Origin: Octopus bimaculoides
Taxonomy: Eukaryota
Direction: 5' to 3'
Length of the DNA: 63,424 bases
NCBI RefSeq assembly: GCF_001194135.2
Contig: NC_068993.1
Location: 5,745,549 to 5,808,972, forward strand
This document shows positions 12,939 to 25,028 of the stretch, piece by piece. Under the pieces are notes generated by a model. It did not search any database. It saw only the letters and a program-made list of their open reading frames with translations, and had not been told where the DNA came from. Made by a program: the position numbers and the translations under genes. How positions within the stretch are numbered: position 1 is the stretch's first letter; the number at the start of each line of letters is the position of its first letter.

Positions 12939-13527
12939 ATATGTATATATATATATATGTATATATATGCATGTATGTACATATATATGTACGTATATAT
13001 ATATATGTATGTATTTATATATATATACATATATATGCATGCATACACACACACACACACACACAGATATATGAAGATCTAAAATATACATACATTCATT
13101 CACACTCATATACGTCGACAGATATGAATCTATACATTTCCATAAGATATTGATGCATACAAAGAGATACATATTCACACATGTACAAATACATGCAGTA
13201 TGCGTATATACACATTCACGCACATATAAATATGCATATTAAACAAACATGCACGTATATACATTGTAATTCTATTATGACTCTCATTATGTATGCATTA
13301 TGTATTGGTACGTATTCAAACTTTTGATGATATCGTAATATATTGGCAATTTCACTATTTTTCTCATTGCCCAAGTATGTTATGCACACACACACATATA
13401 TACTCGCGCGTGCATGCACACTCACGCACTCCACCACTCACGCACAAACGGACATACACAAACATAGACAGCTGGACACGCCCATACACAGATAAGTACA
13501 CACACTCTCATGTCTATGCATGCATGC

Positions 13528-13567
<40 letters not shown>

Positions 13568-13658
13568 TCGAGTGTTTAAGAATAATAAAGTCGTACTCTA
13601 CAAATGTATACAGAAACCCATAAGATTAATGTAAAATTATTATCATAATAGAATATAC

Positions 13659-13700
<42 letters not shown>

Positions 13701-15186
13701 CAGTTAGCTATATATATTGTAAAAGCACAANNNNNNNNNNNNNNNNNNNNNNNNNNNNNNNNNNNNNNNNNNNNNNNNNNNNNNNNNNNNNNNNNNNNNN
13801 NNNNNNNNNNNNNNNNNNNNNNNNNNNNNNNNNNNNNNNNNNNNNNNNNNNNNNNNNNNNNNNNNNNNNNNNNNNNNNNNNNNNNNNNNNNNNNNNNNNN
13901 NNNNNNNNNNNNNNNNNNNNNNNNNNNNNNNNNNNNNNNNNNNNNNNNNNNNNNNNNNNNNNNNNNNNNNNNNNNNNNNNNNNNNNNNNNNNNNNNNNNN
14001 NNNNNNNNNNNNNNNNNNNNNNNNNNNNNNNNNNNNNNNNNNNNNNNNNNNNNNNNNNNNNNNNNNNNNNNNNNNNNNNNNNNNNNNNNNNNNNNNNNNN
14101 NNNNNNNNNNNNNNNNNNNNNNNNNNNNNNNNNNNNNNNNNNNNNNNNNNNNNNNNNNNNNNNNNNNNNNNNNNNNNNNNNNNNNNNNNNNNNNNNNNNN
14201 NNNNNNNNNNCATATACATACATATACATACATATACATACATATACATATATATACATACATATACATACATATACATATATATACATACATATATATA
14301 TATATATAGTGTGTGTGTGTGTTTGTGTATGTATGTCCACGCACACAAGATTTTGTACATTTGGTAAAGATTTGAGAAACATTCGCAAAATATGTGATCC
14401 ATCTTTAGAGCTAATATTTAAACTAAATTATATTTCATAATTCTATATTTCTACATCTCTACATTATATGTATTTATTGTACTTTATTGAATAGCGCTCT
14501 TAGTTAAATAACAAGAAAGAGATTTGTCTGTGTGTGTTTACTCTCTCATGTGAGTGAGTGAGTGAGTGAGTGAGTGAGTGAGTGAGTGAGTGAGTGAGTG
14601 AGTGAGTGAGTGAGTGAGTGAGTGAGNNNNNNNNNNGAGTGAGTGAGTGAGTGAGTGTGTGTGTGTGTGTGTGTGTGTGTATTTGTGTGGTTGTGTTGTG
14701 CCTGTTTCTACTCTGTATCTACTATGGCTGTACGCTAGTGTCCGTCATGTTAGCTCTCCAATCGTCACCAGATCCCTGCTTATTATTTAAAGCAAAATAC
14801 AAGATTATAGCGTATAGCTTTATGTGTGATGTCACTGCTGTTTCGTCTATTTCTTCGAAAACACATAAAAGAAATTTATTACTGAGTCTAAAACTCGATA
14901 CTAGCTCTCCTCTTTTCCTATTTGGTTTGCGGTGCAGCTGGTTATTTGTGATGTGATATTTCTCAGTGAAACACAATGCGCATTGTTTACAAGCATTACT
15001 CAAATAAAAATGGCAATGCACAATACAACATTTAAAAAAAAATTGGAGCGTAGTATAGTTACATATTGGTTATATAAGGCCGAAGAATTAGAGTTGTTTC
15101 GGTGAATCCAAATGTCTTATCTTTGGTCCTATTATTTTGAAAATTCTGTGCTTATACAACAAAACGATTTTCCTCTTCCAGAAGAG

Positions 15187-15320
15187 GTTACAGATTCATT
15201 ACCTTTTATATTGTCTATTAGAAAAGGTTAGATTAACTACCTTCTATATTTCCATTTAGTTTTATATTGCCTACTTGTCTATTAGTTACAGATTAACTGC
15301 CGTTTATATTGTCTATTAGT
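15187..15320 (+). repeat. Degenerate tandem repeat of about 35 bp
   Basis: GTTACAGATT.A.T.CC.TTTATATTGTCTATTAG recurs 3-4 times. Confidence 0.7.
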
Positions 15321-15521
15321 GGAAGTACTTCTTGTACGGACGGTAATTGTTTCGTCACAGATTATAGTTTTGTTGTTGCACAATGAATTGAACAGTTCAT
15401 ACTTCTCTTTCTACCTCTCTGTCTCGTGTATTTATGTTGTTGCTTGCGATGGGCGAGTTGTTTGCAATATTGTTGCTGATTTTAATATATATATATGTAT
15501 TTATATGAATATATGTGTACG

Positions 15522-15553
<32 letters not shown>

Positions 15554-16799
15554 CATACATTTATGTCTGTATGTGTGTCGATCTCTACAATTGTCAGCTG
15601 TCTATCTAGCTAGCTAGCAATGTACGCATGTCTCAGTAAATTTAAAATTAATTACATTTGTTACAAAGCGAGAACTTCGTTTGTGGCAATCGGTGGGTTG
15701 TATCAAGTCATAAGGAATGTGAATGTAACTAAATATCATGCTGGACCTTAATCTACTCCTACCAACCCATTTAGCGGCCAGCATACAAGAATACAACACA
15801 TACATAAGTAATATTCAGTATGCATAATTCCAGTACCATGCCTCTAATAAACCGGAATTCGTGAATCCTGTTCACTTTGGACAGTAGCCAGTACTTGGTA
15901 AGAAAATCTTCATAGCGTTCGCTTGATCAGATAAACCTTCGTGTCAACTAGACATACTTTTATTCCTGCGCTCCACGAGCTTGTAAATTTTAAAACTGAT
16001 AGCTTATCCTAATAACGAAGAGAACAAAATAATAAAAGTCAACAATAATAACAACAGACAAACTAGACTGTTCCTATGCCGTGTCTGTTTTCACGTTACG
16101 TTTGTCGCTAATCTTGCACATGACCAAGTTGAACTGTTTTATTATTGGCTAACATGTAAATGATAGTGCAGCAGGTTGCCAATTATTGAGACACGAGACG
16201 GCTTTACTTCCTCGACAATATATTGATTAGTTCTCAACTAATAATACCTATTACATCTCGACAGGGGTGATTTTTTCTTTCTCTCGTTTTCTATCCAGTT
16301 CTCTGCCTGTCTTTCGGTCTGACTGTCTGTTTGTCTCTATCACCCTCTCTCTCTCTCACTTTTTCTCTCTGCTCTTCTTGCTCTCTCGCTTTCTCTCTCT
16401 CATTCTCCCTCTCTCTCTCTCTCATTCCATCTCTCTCTCTCTCATTCCCCCCTCTCTCTCTCTAATACACACAGTAAATTCAAGTTCTTTCTATCTCATC
16501 TCGTTATCAGAGGAAAGGTAAGAAAAAGGGACATGTTCATATATATACACACACTTAAATACGTATACATATACATATGAATGAGTGTGCATATATATCC
16601 ATACATATGCATACACACAGAGAGCCGAATACCCTAGTCACTTAGTCACACGCTTTCACATAGTTGAATGAGTAACTATTCACAAGAATGGTGCCACAAA
16701 TGAAGAACTTATGTAGGTTTGATAGATGATGTTAGATTCGATCCCTTGATGTTTCATACCGATGTTTGAGGTTTGTGGCTCAGACAGTATCGTATCTCA

Positions 16800-16950
16800 T
16801 TTACAATGTCTTCTTTATGGTCTGGAAGGAAATAAAGCTGGAAGCTTGGAAGCATTGAAGAGAGTTTATTAAAAGGATTATGGCACATTGAAGTCCAGAC
16901 GTTAATGCCGCAAATGACGAGACTGCGTTCAGAAGAAGAAAGAAATTGTA
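16800..16950 (+). mobile_element. Possible very old RTE-type LINE remnant
   Basis: LLYGLE...LEAL, then after a frameshift FIKRIM...NDE..FRR, loosely follows the LLYG.E.W...LEAFE...RRIL...NEEV..R pattern of RTE ORF2. Several stops are present. Confidence 0.3.
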
Positions 16951-17036
16951 AAATATTTGTGATGGGGAGAAGCCTGTGAAGGATACAGAATAACAGTTGA
17001 CTGGTTTTGTTCTAAGATATAGATAGACAGATTAAG

Positions 17037-17085
<49 letters not shown>

Positions 17086-17128
17086 TAGATAAAGATAGAT
17101 AGATAGATAAAGATAGATAGATAGAGAT

Positions 17129-17194
17129 AGATGGTTAGATGCAGAAAGATAGATGGTTAGATGCAGAAAGATAGATGGTTAGATGCAGAAAGAT
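17129..17194 (+). repeat. 22-bp unit x3 grown out of (GATA)n
   Basis: AGATGGTTAGATGCAGAAAGAT at 17129, 17151 and 17173. Confidence 0.9.
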
Positions 17195-17765
17195 AGACAG
17201 ATAGGTGAATGCAGAAAAGTAGATAGGTGGATATAGAGAGAGAAAGAGAGAGAGGGAGAGGGAGAAGTACACAGAGAGAAGAGGAAAGGAGAGAGAAAGA
17301 GAGCGGGAGAGAGAGGAACACGGGAGGAGGGTTGCAGAGTGCGATAAAAGTATCTTGAAGACACTATATAGCAGTTGGTTGGCTTTACTATTTGAGAGAG
17401 AGTGGGAAGAGAGAGTGAGAAAGAGAGAGCCAATAGAGAGAGAGAGGGAGAGAGAGAGGAAGAGAGAGAGAGAAAAGAAAGAGCTTAGTGAGAGAGGGTA
17501 GAATGAGGGAGTAGACAGATAGAGATATGTAGAGAATGGGAGATAGGTAAAGAGTAGAGAGAGTGGAAAACGAGAGCGGAGGAGAGAGATAGAGAAAAAA
17601 AATGAGAAAAAGACAGAGAGAGAGAGAGAGACAGAGAAGAATAATGAGGATGTTGAGTGGAAAGGAAAAGTGTCAGGATCAGAGCCTCTTTTTTTTTTCT
17701 ATCGAACCATCTGTTCCTGCCATAGTTTGTCTTCAATGAAATAAACAAACAAATAAAGATCTTAC

Positions 17766-17818
17766 CAAGAGTTTACAAAGAGCTCAATAAAACGCTAATC
17801 CCGGATTAAAATTCTAAT
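17766..17818 (-). other. Candidate 53-nt non-coding exon
   Basis: Acceptor ATGTGTTTCAG| and donor TTG|GTAAGA. All three frames contain stops. Confidence 0.25.
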
Positions 17819-17900
17819 CTGAAACACATGTTACTGATTGGGGCTTCTTTAGGCATATATATCAAGGGAAAAGATCGTCCATTGATTTTGTCCCTATATA

Positions 17901-18095
17901 AATAATGGTTTGCGATTAAGACACAAAGCTAGCAATTTTAAGTTGGGTGGGTGTGGGGTGGGGGTAGGTCGATGATATCAACCTGATTGTTATTTATATT
18001 TTACCGACCCTGAAAGGGTGAAAGGCAAGCTTGACGATAACGATATTTGAACTCAGAACGTAAATAAATAATGTTTCTGATTTAGGTACAAGCCT
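17901..18095 (-). mobile_element. SINE-A: one degenerate copy plus one isolated tail
   Basis: CGACCCTGAAAGGGTGAAAGGCAAG and TTTGAACTCAGAACGT are present. A second tail, AATGTTTCTGATTTAGGTACAAG, starts near 18068. Confidence 0.8.
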
Positions 18096-18133
18096 CGTTG
18101 AGACAATAAATAATAATAATAATAATAATAATG

Positions 18134-18195
<62 letters not shown>

Positions 18196-18428
18196 TTATT
18201 TCTTTATTGCCAACAAGGAGCTAAACATAGAGGGGACGAACAAGGACAGACAAAGAGATTAAGTCAATTACATCGACCTCAGTGCGTAACTGGTAATTTT
18301 AATCGACCCCAAAAGGATGAAAGGCAAAGTCGACCTCGGCAGAATTTGAACTCAGAACGTGAAGACGAACGAAATGCCGCTAAGCATTTTGCTCGGCCTG
18401 CTAACGATTCTCCCAGCCCACTGCCTCA
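18196..18428 (-). mobile_element. SINE family A (tRNA-derived head), near full length, tail type 1
   Basis: Head (decayed here) of the type AAGGCGGYGAGCTGGCAGAA, B-box GAGTTCAAATTC, body GTCGACTTTGCCTTTCATCCTTT. Tail ends GGCAATAAAGAAATAA followed by (TTA)n. Confidence 0.9.
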
Positions 18429-18429
18429 A

Positions 18430-18481
<52 letters not shown>

Positions 18482-18482
<1 letters not shown>

Positions 18483-18790
18483 ATTCTTTCTAATTTTGGC
18501 ACAAGGCCAGCAATGTTGAGGGGAGGGGCTAAGTCGATATCATCGCTTCTAGTATTTGACTAATACCAATACTGGAAATTATCGGTCCGGAAAGAACCAA
18601 AGGCAAATTTGACCTCGGTGGGGTTTGAACTCGGAATATAAATATTAAAATGGTTTCTGTTTTTCTAGTTTAGGTACAAGATCTTCAAATTTGACAGGAG
18701 GCGGTAATTCGATTATATCGACCCCAGCACATGACTGGTACTTTATTTTATCGATCCCGAAAGGATTAAAGGCAAAGTTGATCCATTTCT
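18482..18790 (-). mobile_element. SINE-A: two further tandem copies, tail type 2
   Basis: GGCACAAGGCCAGCAA...AAGGCAAATTTGACCTCGG...TTTGAACTC, then GGTACAAG...CGATCCCGAAAGGATTAAAGGCAAAGTTG. Confidence 0.8.
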
Positions 18791-18837
18791 ATTAGTTGTT
18801 TTCTCTGCTAATCTGTTTGGTGTATGTGTATGTTCAT

Positions 18838-18982
18838 GTGTATATGTGTATGCGCGTGTGTATGTTCTTGTGTATATGTGTATGCGCTTGTGTATGTTCT
18901 TGTGGATATGTGTATGCGCGTGTGTAAGTTTTCGTGTATATGTGTATGCGCGTGTGTATGTTCTTGTGGATATGTGTATGTG
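18838..18982 (+). repeat. 32-bp minisatellite, about 4.5 copies
   Basis: Unit GTGTATATGTGTATGCGCGTGTGTATGTTCTT. Confidence 0.9.
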
Positions 18983-19656
18983 CATATTATTGTCAACAAC
19001 AGAGTTTGTTGGTCTTAAAATATATATCTTTAAATGAAAATGGATCGAGTTTTAAGATGGAAATTTGAAAATTAATAGGAATGAGAAAAAAAAAAGCAAA
19101 ACAGAAACAACAGCAACAACAACTTATAGTGGTGTTTTTTATTTGAAGGTCAACTGGGGTAATTGATTTTTGTAAGTGTAGCTGCAAATGTGTGTGTGTG
19201 CGCGTGTGTATGTGTGCTGGGGGTGACTGATGTATGTAACGTATGCATTGCTGTATATATATGTGTGTGTCTGTACACATACACACAATTATCAATGTCT
19301 ATCTATCTATCTATCTATGCAAAACAGGGCTGGAACACAACAATGGATTTACAATGTAGAATGTCGATGAAATATAACCTCGGATCTTATCACAAGAAGA
19401 CTTGGAGTTCTTTACTAATCTAAACACTATTATTACATTGTTAGGCTGTTGTACTAACAAAGAGCTTAGAAAGTGTTTTGCCTTGATTGATAATCCATCA
19501 CTAATAACTGTATATNNNNNNNNNNNNNNNNNNNNNNNNNNNNNNNNNNNNNNNNNNNNNNNNNNNNNNNNNNNNNNNNNNNNNNNNNNNNNNNNNNNNN
19601 NNNNNNNNNNNNNNNNNNNNNNNNNNNNNNNNNNNNNNNNNNNNNNNNNNNNNNNN

Positions 19657-19777
19657 TCACAAGGCTGTGGTCTGCCCGAGGCTATAGTAGAAGACACTTG
19701 CCCAAGTTACCATGCAGTGGGACTGAACTCGGAACCATGTGGTTGGGAAGCAAGCTTCTTACCACACAGTAACGCCT
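19657..19777 (-). mobile_element. SINE-B
   Basis: GAGGCTATAGTAGAAGACACTTGCCCAAG...GGACTGAACTCGGAACCATGTGGTTGG on the plus strand. Confidence 0.9.
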
Positions 19778-21249
19778 ACATGCATATATAAATATATATA
19801 TATAAATATATATATATGTATATACACGCGCACACACACACGTACATACATACTAGCGACCTTTTGCGCATGTGTTCATGCGATTATGTGTGTGTGTGTG
19901 TGTGTGTTAATGTTTGCTCGTGTGAATGAAATGTCGAACTTAAACATGTTTTCTCACTTTTTGACTCTTACTCACAGTTTTCGTTTTAGCTTTATTATTT
20001 AAATCTCTCCTAACATCCTCTCTGTGTATCCGTCTTTCTCTTCTCTTCTTTCCTTAGGGCGATATTATAACTCCCATTACGAGCGAGACTGCTTGTGTAT
20101 GCGTGTCTAACCATTGTGTTGCCATATTCCCGTGTGTATGTGTGATTACGCGCAAATGATGTGTGTGAATTCATGTTTGCATGCATGTAACAATAGCTGA
20201 AAATAAAGGTTACTCTTAGTAAACATTATATATGATAGTTTTGTGTTATTTTGCAAAGATTCTGCTTTCAATCATCTCTTCTTCGCCCCCTCCCCTACAT
20301 CCCACTCTACTTCACCTCATACACCATTCTCGTTCACTAATTTCATTTCCAAGCTCTAGTTTCTTATTCGCCATTTTGAAAACAAGAATTTTAGAAAAAA
20401 CAAACAATTTTCATGCACTAACATGAAGAAGAATTTTTGCTTACGTGTATTAAAATACAATTTTACAGTTATTTATAGATTCAGATAGAAAGAGACTTAG
20501 ATACATGTTTTAATCTGACGACAGCGGAATCACTCACTAAACTGCAGATGGCGAACAACAGGCTACAGGAGGAAAATCTAAGCACAGGAAAGATGGCTTC
20601 CTAATAGTGTCAGCAAACATACTGATTTTAAAAGCTTCTTTCCACCCCCATTCCGTAAAAACAACAAACAAGCAAGAAGAATGAATGAAGGGGAATGATA
20701 AAGAAAAATAGGGTGAATAATTTTCAGTGAAAAATAAAACCAAATATTGATTCTTTATATATCTTATTTTTTGCGTATTTTGTTTTCTTTTTTCTTGTTG
20801 AAAACCAATTGTTATTTTAACATTATTGTTACAAATTTCTCTTGTGTGTACCAAGGCATTCAATGAATCAAGAATAATCACTGCAAAGAGACTCTTTCTC
20901 TCTCTTTCTCTCTCTCCGCCTCGCTCTCTCTCTCTCTCTCTCCCACTACCATTATAATCTACTACAGTTACCATCACCAACACGATAATCACAGTAACCA
21001 CCACCACCACCGCCTCAAATAAGGCTACTAAATCAACACTTCAATTAGGATCGTGTTATGGATCCTAGAAAGCAGCACGTTGATGATAATCGTAGTGTGT
21101 GTGCGTATGTGTGTGTGTGTGTGTGCGCGCACACGCGTATTGTTGTTAGTTGTCCCAAGTTAGCCTTAGTTAAGCTAACAAAAGTTAAAAAACATTCTAA
21201 CCGTGATCAACACTTCTTTCTCTGGATCCTTTAATTTTGTTCCAACTGA

Positions 21250-22112
21250 TTTCAAATTTGGTGTATTGATGTAGTTTTATATGCTAATTATGGAAAGGAA
21301 ATTCATTTTTAACATAAATTAATAGATATAATGTTAATAACTTTTAAAGTTTGCAAAGTTTAGGTACTTTCAGCCAATGGTAACCACAGACATATTGATG
21401 CTTGTTTCCATAGCAACAAACCAAGCTGTTGTCTGTTTAGAACTGTTACGTCCACTATGTACCTATATTCTGAACTTTCGCTTTTGAATTTTCGCTACAA
21501 GAACAAGGATTAATTGTTTACATGAACTGAACTATTGTAATAAAATAACGTACAGTTTATTATTTTTGTAATTTTTCGCAAAAAAATTCCATTGAGGATT
21601 TTTCCTTTTTAAATTGTTTACAAGCCAATTCGAACGTTTGTTCTGCATTTTTTTTTTATCATACAGAAAAACTAAATGGTCTTTTTTTGTTGCTGTCATG
21701 GTGTCTGAAATTTTAAGACTGTGAAAAATTTCAAATTTGGTATATTGGTATAATTTTTCACGCTGAATCCGATTTTGTTATTCACATGTTCTACAAAAGT
21801 TTTAGAAAAATGTTCACTAAAAATATGTTACTAATTGATTAGTTCCAAGTCATCCACTGGTCGGGCTGACCCTAAACGCCAATCCTAAATCCTAAGTTTA
21901 ATCCTAAAGCATAATCCTCACCATAAGCCTCAACACTAAACCCTAAATTTAACCCTGATGTTCCGCAAACTTTCGTTTCTGAATTTTCGCTATTAATTGT
22001 TTGTATGAAAAGAGTAGTATTATGTATAGTTTGTCCTTTTTTTGTAATTTTTTTCGCAAAAATAAATTCATTCAGGATTTTTCCTTTATATAATATGCCT
22101 ATTCCAACGTTT
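21250..22112. repeat. Diverged tandem duplication, period about 480-495 bp, probably a DNA-transposon relic
   Basis: TTCAAATTTGGT.TATTG.T.TA.TTTT at 21251 and 21730. AACTTTCG.TT.TGAATTTTCGCTA...TTTTTGTAATTTTT.CGCAAAAA...GGATTTTTCCTTT at about 21474 and 21967. Confidence 0.75.
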
Positions 22113-22243
22113 CACATGACTTTATTCATTTAAATTTATTAAAACTTCAAAACTTTTTACAACTTTCGTCGTCGTAATATATTGCTTTCATTTTGTTTAA
22201 GAGTTGTCAGGCAGAAAATGTCAGCTTCCAAATCCTGAAGAGC

Positions 22244-22319
22244 TCTGCGGAATTTGAACTCAGAACGTAAGCTCGGACGATTTTTCACAGTGTTAGCCGT
22301 TCTGTTAGCTCACCGTCTT
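22244..22319 (-). mobile_element. SINE-A head fragment
   Basis: GGAATTTGAACTCAGAACGT...GCTCACCGTCTT followed by (TAA)n. Confidence 0.75.
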
Positions 22320-22372
22320 ATAATAATAATAATAATAATAATAAGTAGTAGTAGTAGTAGTAGTAGGAGTAA

Positions 22373-22516
22373 TGGCTCTTAGGGCAAGGAAAGATTATCA
22401 GAAGGGTTTTGAGCACTTGGAAGATTATTAAAAGCTTGTGGGTATCTAAGATTACAGGTAGTAACCTGCTGCCCACATAAATTCTACCAGCAAAAAGAAC
22501 AAACCCGAGTCAAATC
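22373..22516 (+). mobile_element. Probable extreme 3' end of a Dong/R4-like LINE
   Basis: Translation LLGQGKIIRRVLS resembles the LLGTARILRKVL C-terminus of R4/Dong ORFs. The fragment is flanked by (TAA)n(TAG)n on the left and (TAC)n(TAA)n on the right. Confidence 0.45.
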
Positions 22517-22559
22517 TACTACTACTACTAATAATAATAATAATAATAATACAGACAGA

Positions 22560-22597
<38 letters not shown>

Positions 22598-23316
22598 GAA
22601 AGGTAGATAAATGCGGCGGGGTGCATTTCGTTTTGACGAATTCATTTGGTTTCAAAGAAATATGTCTTCCAGGCAAAACTCTGAGACAGTTTCTGCAGTG
22701 TTTTAACCAAGTTAACGAGATCCAGCTCNNNNNNNNNNNNNNNNNNNNNNNNNNNNNNNNNNNNNNNNNNNNNNNNNNNNNNNNNNNNNNNNNNNNNNNN
22801 NNNNNNNNNNNNNNNNNNNNNNNNNNNNNNNNNNNNNNNNNNNNNNNNNNNNNACCCACACCCACACACACACACACACACACACTTCCTCATCTGTTCA
22901 GAGAATCCATACAAGTGTTCTGGAAGCCGGCACAACAGGATTTTTATCTCAGAATCTGGAAGCTTCCATGTTTAGGTTACATGTGCAGCACGATGGAAGA
23001 TAAATTAGCGACTTGGCTTGGGTTTCTCGTCTTTTCTCGACTCTTAATGGATGGTATTTCACTCAGACACAGTCACAGAGTATGAATTAACCCACACACA
23101 CATACACACACACACACACACATATATACAGACATATATATACCTATATATAAATATACATATACACACATACATATGTATGAATGTATATGTATATATA
23201 TATATATATATATAGAATACATATGTGTATGTGTTTACATATGTATACATATATATGTAAGCATAAATATATACATATGCATAGGTATATATATATGTGT
23301 GTGTGTGTATATGCAC

Positions 23317-23355
<39 letters not shown>

Positions 23356-24050
23356 ATGTATGTATATGTTACTCTGTGTATATATTCATACGTACTCTGA
23401 CAATCACAAGCAAGCATGCAGAAACACATGCACACACATATATATATACACATGTGTGTACGTGTGTGGTTAAGCAGGTTAGAATATATACATATGTGTG
23501 TGTGTGTGTGTGTGTGTGTATTTATAGGCATGCGCATATCGGAGTGTGTGTAGATGAATGTGTTTGTATGTTATATGTTAGTGTGTGAGCGTACATTATT
23601 TTGCAGAATTTAAAGCTAAAATGTTTGTAATTGCATGAAAAAAAAAGTTGTGAAAAACGAAAAATAAATAAATAAATAAAATAAAATAAAAATAGGAATA
23701 AAAAATAAAAATAAAATTAAAAGAAAATCAATTAGACTGAATTCGGATTTAATCACGATGACGGTGATGATGATGAAAAATACACGAAGAAGCATAACAA
23801 GAAGAAGAAGAATATAGAGGGAAAATGAATTCGAAAGTAGAAATAAGAAACAGAGGGAGAGTGCATATTACATATATACATATATATATGCATATATACA
23901 TATACATACATATATACATTAAAAAGGTAGTACACATGTACTGGCTGATAGATACAGTAATTCCTACACACTGGTACTGACACACAAAAACACACATATA
24001 TTCAAATATATGTAAATATGCATATATATATAAATATATGTCTATAAACA

Positions 24051-24362
24051 GGCACTCCGTCGGTTACGATGGCGAACGTTCCAATTGACCCTGATCGACG
24101 GAACAGCCTGCTCGTGAAATTAACGTGCAACTGGCTGAGTACTCCATTGACATGTGTATCCTTAACGTTGTTCTCAGAGAAATTCAGTGTGACAGAATGT
24201 GACAAGGCTAGTCCTTTGAATTACAGGTACTACTCTCTTTTGCCAGGTGAGTGGACTGGAGCAAAGTGAAATAAAGTGTCTTGCTCAAGGACATATCACG
24301 CCGCCGGGAATTGAACTCACGACATTACGATTGTGAGCCGAATATTCTAACCACCAAGGCAC
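24051..24362 (-). mobile_element. SINE family C (tRNA head plus CORE-like domain), full length
   Basis: Minus strand: A-box CTTGGTGGTTAG, B-box GAGTTCAATTCCCGG, then GTCCTTGAGCAAGACACTTTATTTCAC, which resembles the CORE domain GTGACCTTGGGCAAGTCACTT. Confidence 0.9.
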
Positions 24363-24865
24363 ATACATACATGCATATATATGTATATGTCTGTGTGTTG
24401 TAAGTATGTATTATATATAATGACAAAATGTTTACACTCACATGTAACATGCGTACACATGTATATATTTACATGCAGTTTCACAGACACACACATGCAC
24501 GCACACCTACACACACACACATACACACGCGCATGCACAAACACACATATACACGTATTGTTATAAAACTTCACTTGCCTGACCTTTTTGTTATCGAAAA
24601 ATAATCAGCCATATTTAATTTCAGATTCCAACAAAACGAGATAGAATCTTCTGATGAAATTCACACATGTTTACCATAATGATGTTGGCAGATTGTCTTG
24701 AACTAAGAACGGTACTTTGCCCGTGAACATGATGCAACTCGTTCTTACATACAAACATCTACATACATACATAATACATACATACATTCATAAATTTATA
24801 AATTATACACTTCAATTATGTAGTTTATATTACATATGTATTAGTATAGAAATGTAAAATATTTT

Positions 24866-25028
24866 AATATTTGTTGTGTCTGGGGAGAGTCATTCTCTTT
24901 TAGTGCGTCTTGCCACCTTTTCAATAGTTTAGAAAAATATAAAAAAAATAAGTAGAAATGTTACCGGTGAGTGTGTTAAATTATAAGGCACCAAAAGAGA
25001 ATGACTCTCTCCAGACACGACAGAATAT
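24866..25028. mobile_element. MITE-like element with about 30-40 bp terminal inverted repeats
   Basis: GTGTCTGGGGAGAGTCATTCTCTTTTAGTGC (from 24876) versus GCACCAAAAGAGAATGACTCTCTCCAGACAC (to 25018). Confidence 0.8.

Noticed and set aside
19380-19515. Short open frame EFFTNLNTIITLLGCCTNKELRKCFALIDN
   Set aside because: No recognisable motif or splice boundaries, and truncated by a gap.
21868-21958. CCCTAA-like repeats suggesting an interstitial telomere
   Set aside because: Highly degenerate and embedded in a duplicated repeat unit; more typical of internal repeats of non-autonomous transposons.
24648-24680. CTGATGA at about 24650 (also CTGACGA at 20516, 32161 and 46401)
   Set aside because: No helix II followed by GAAA.
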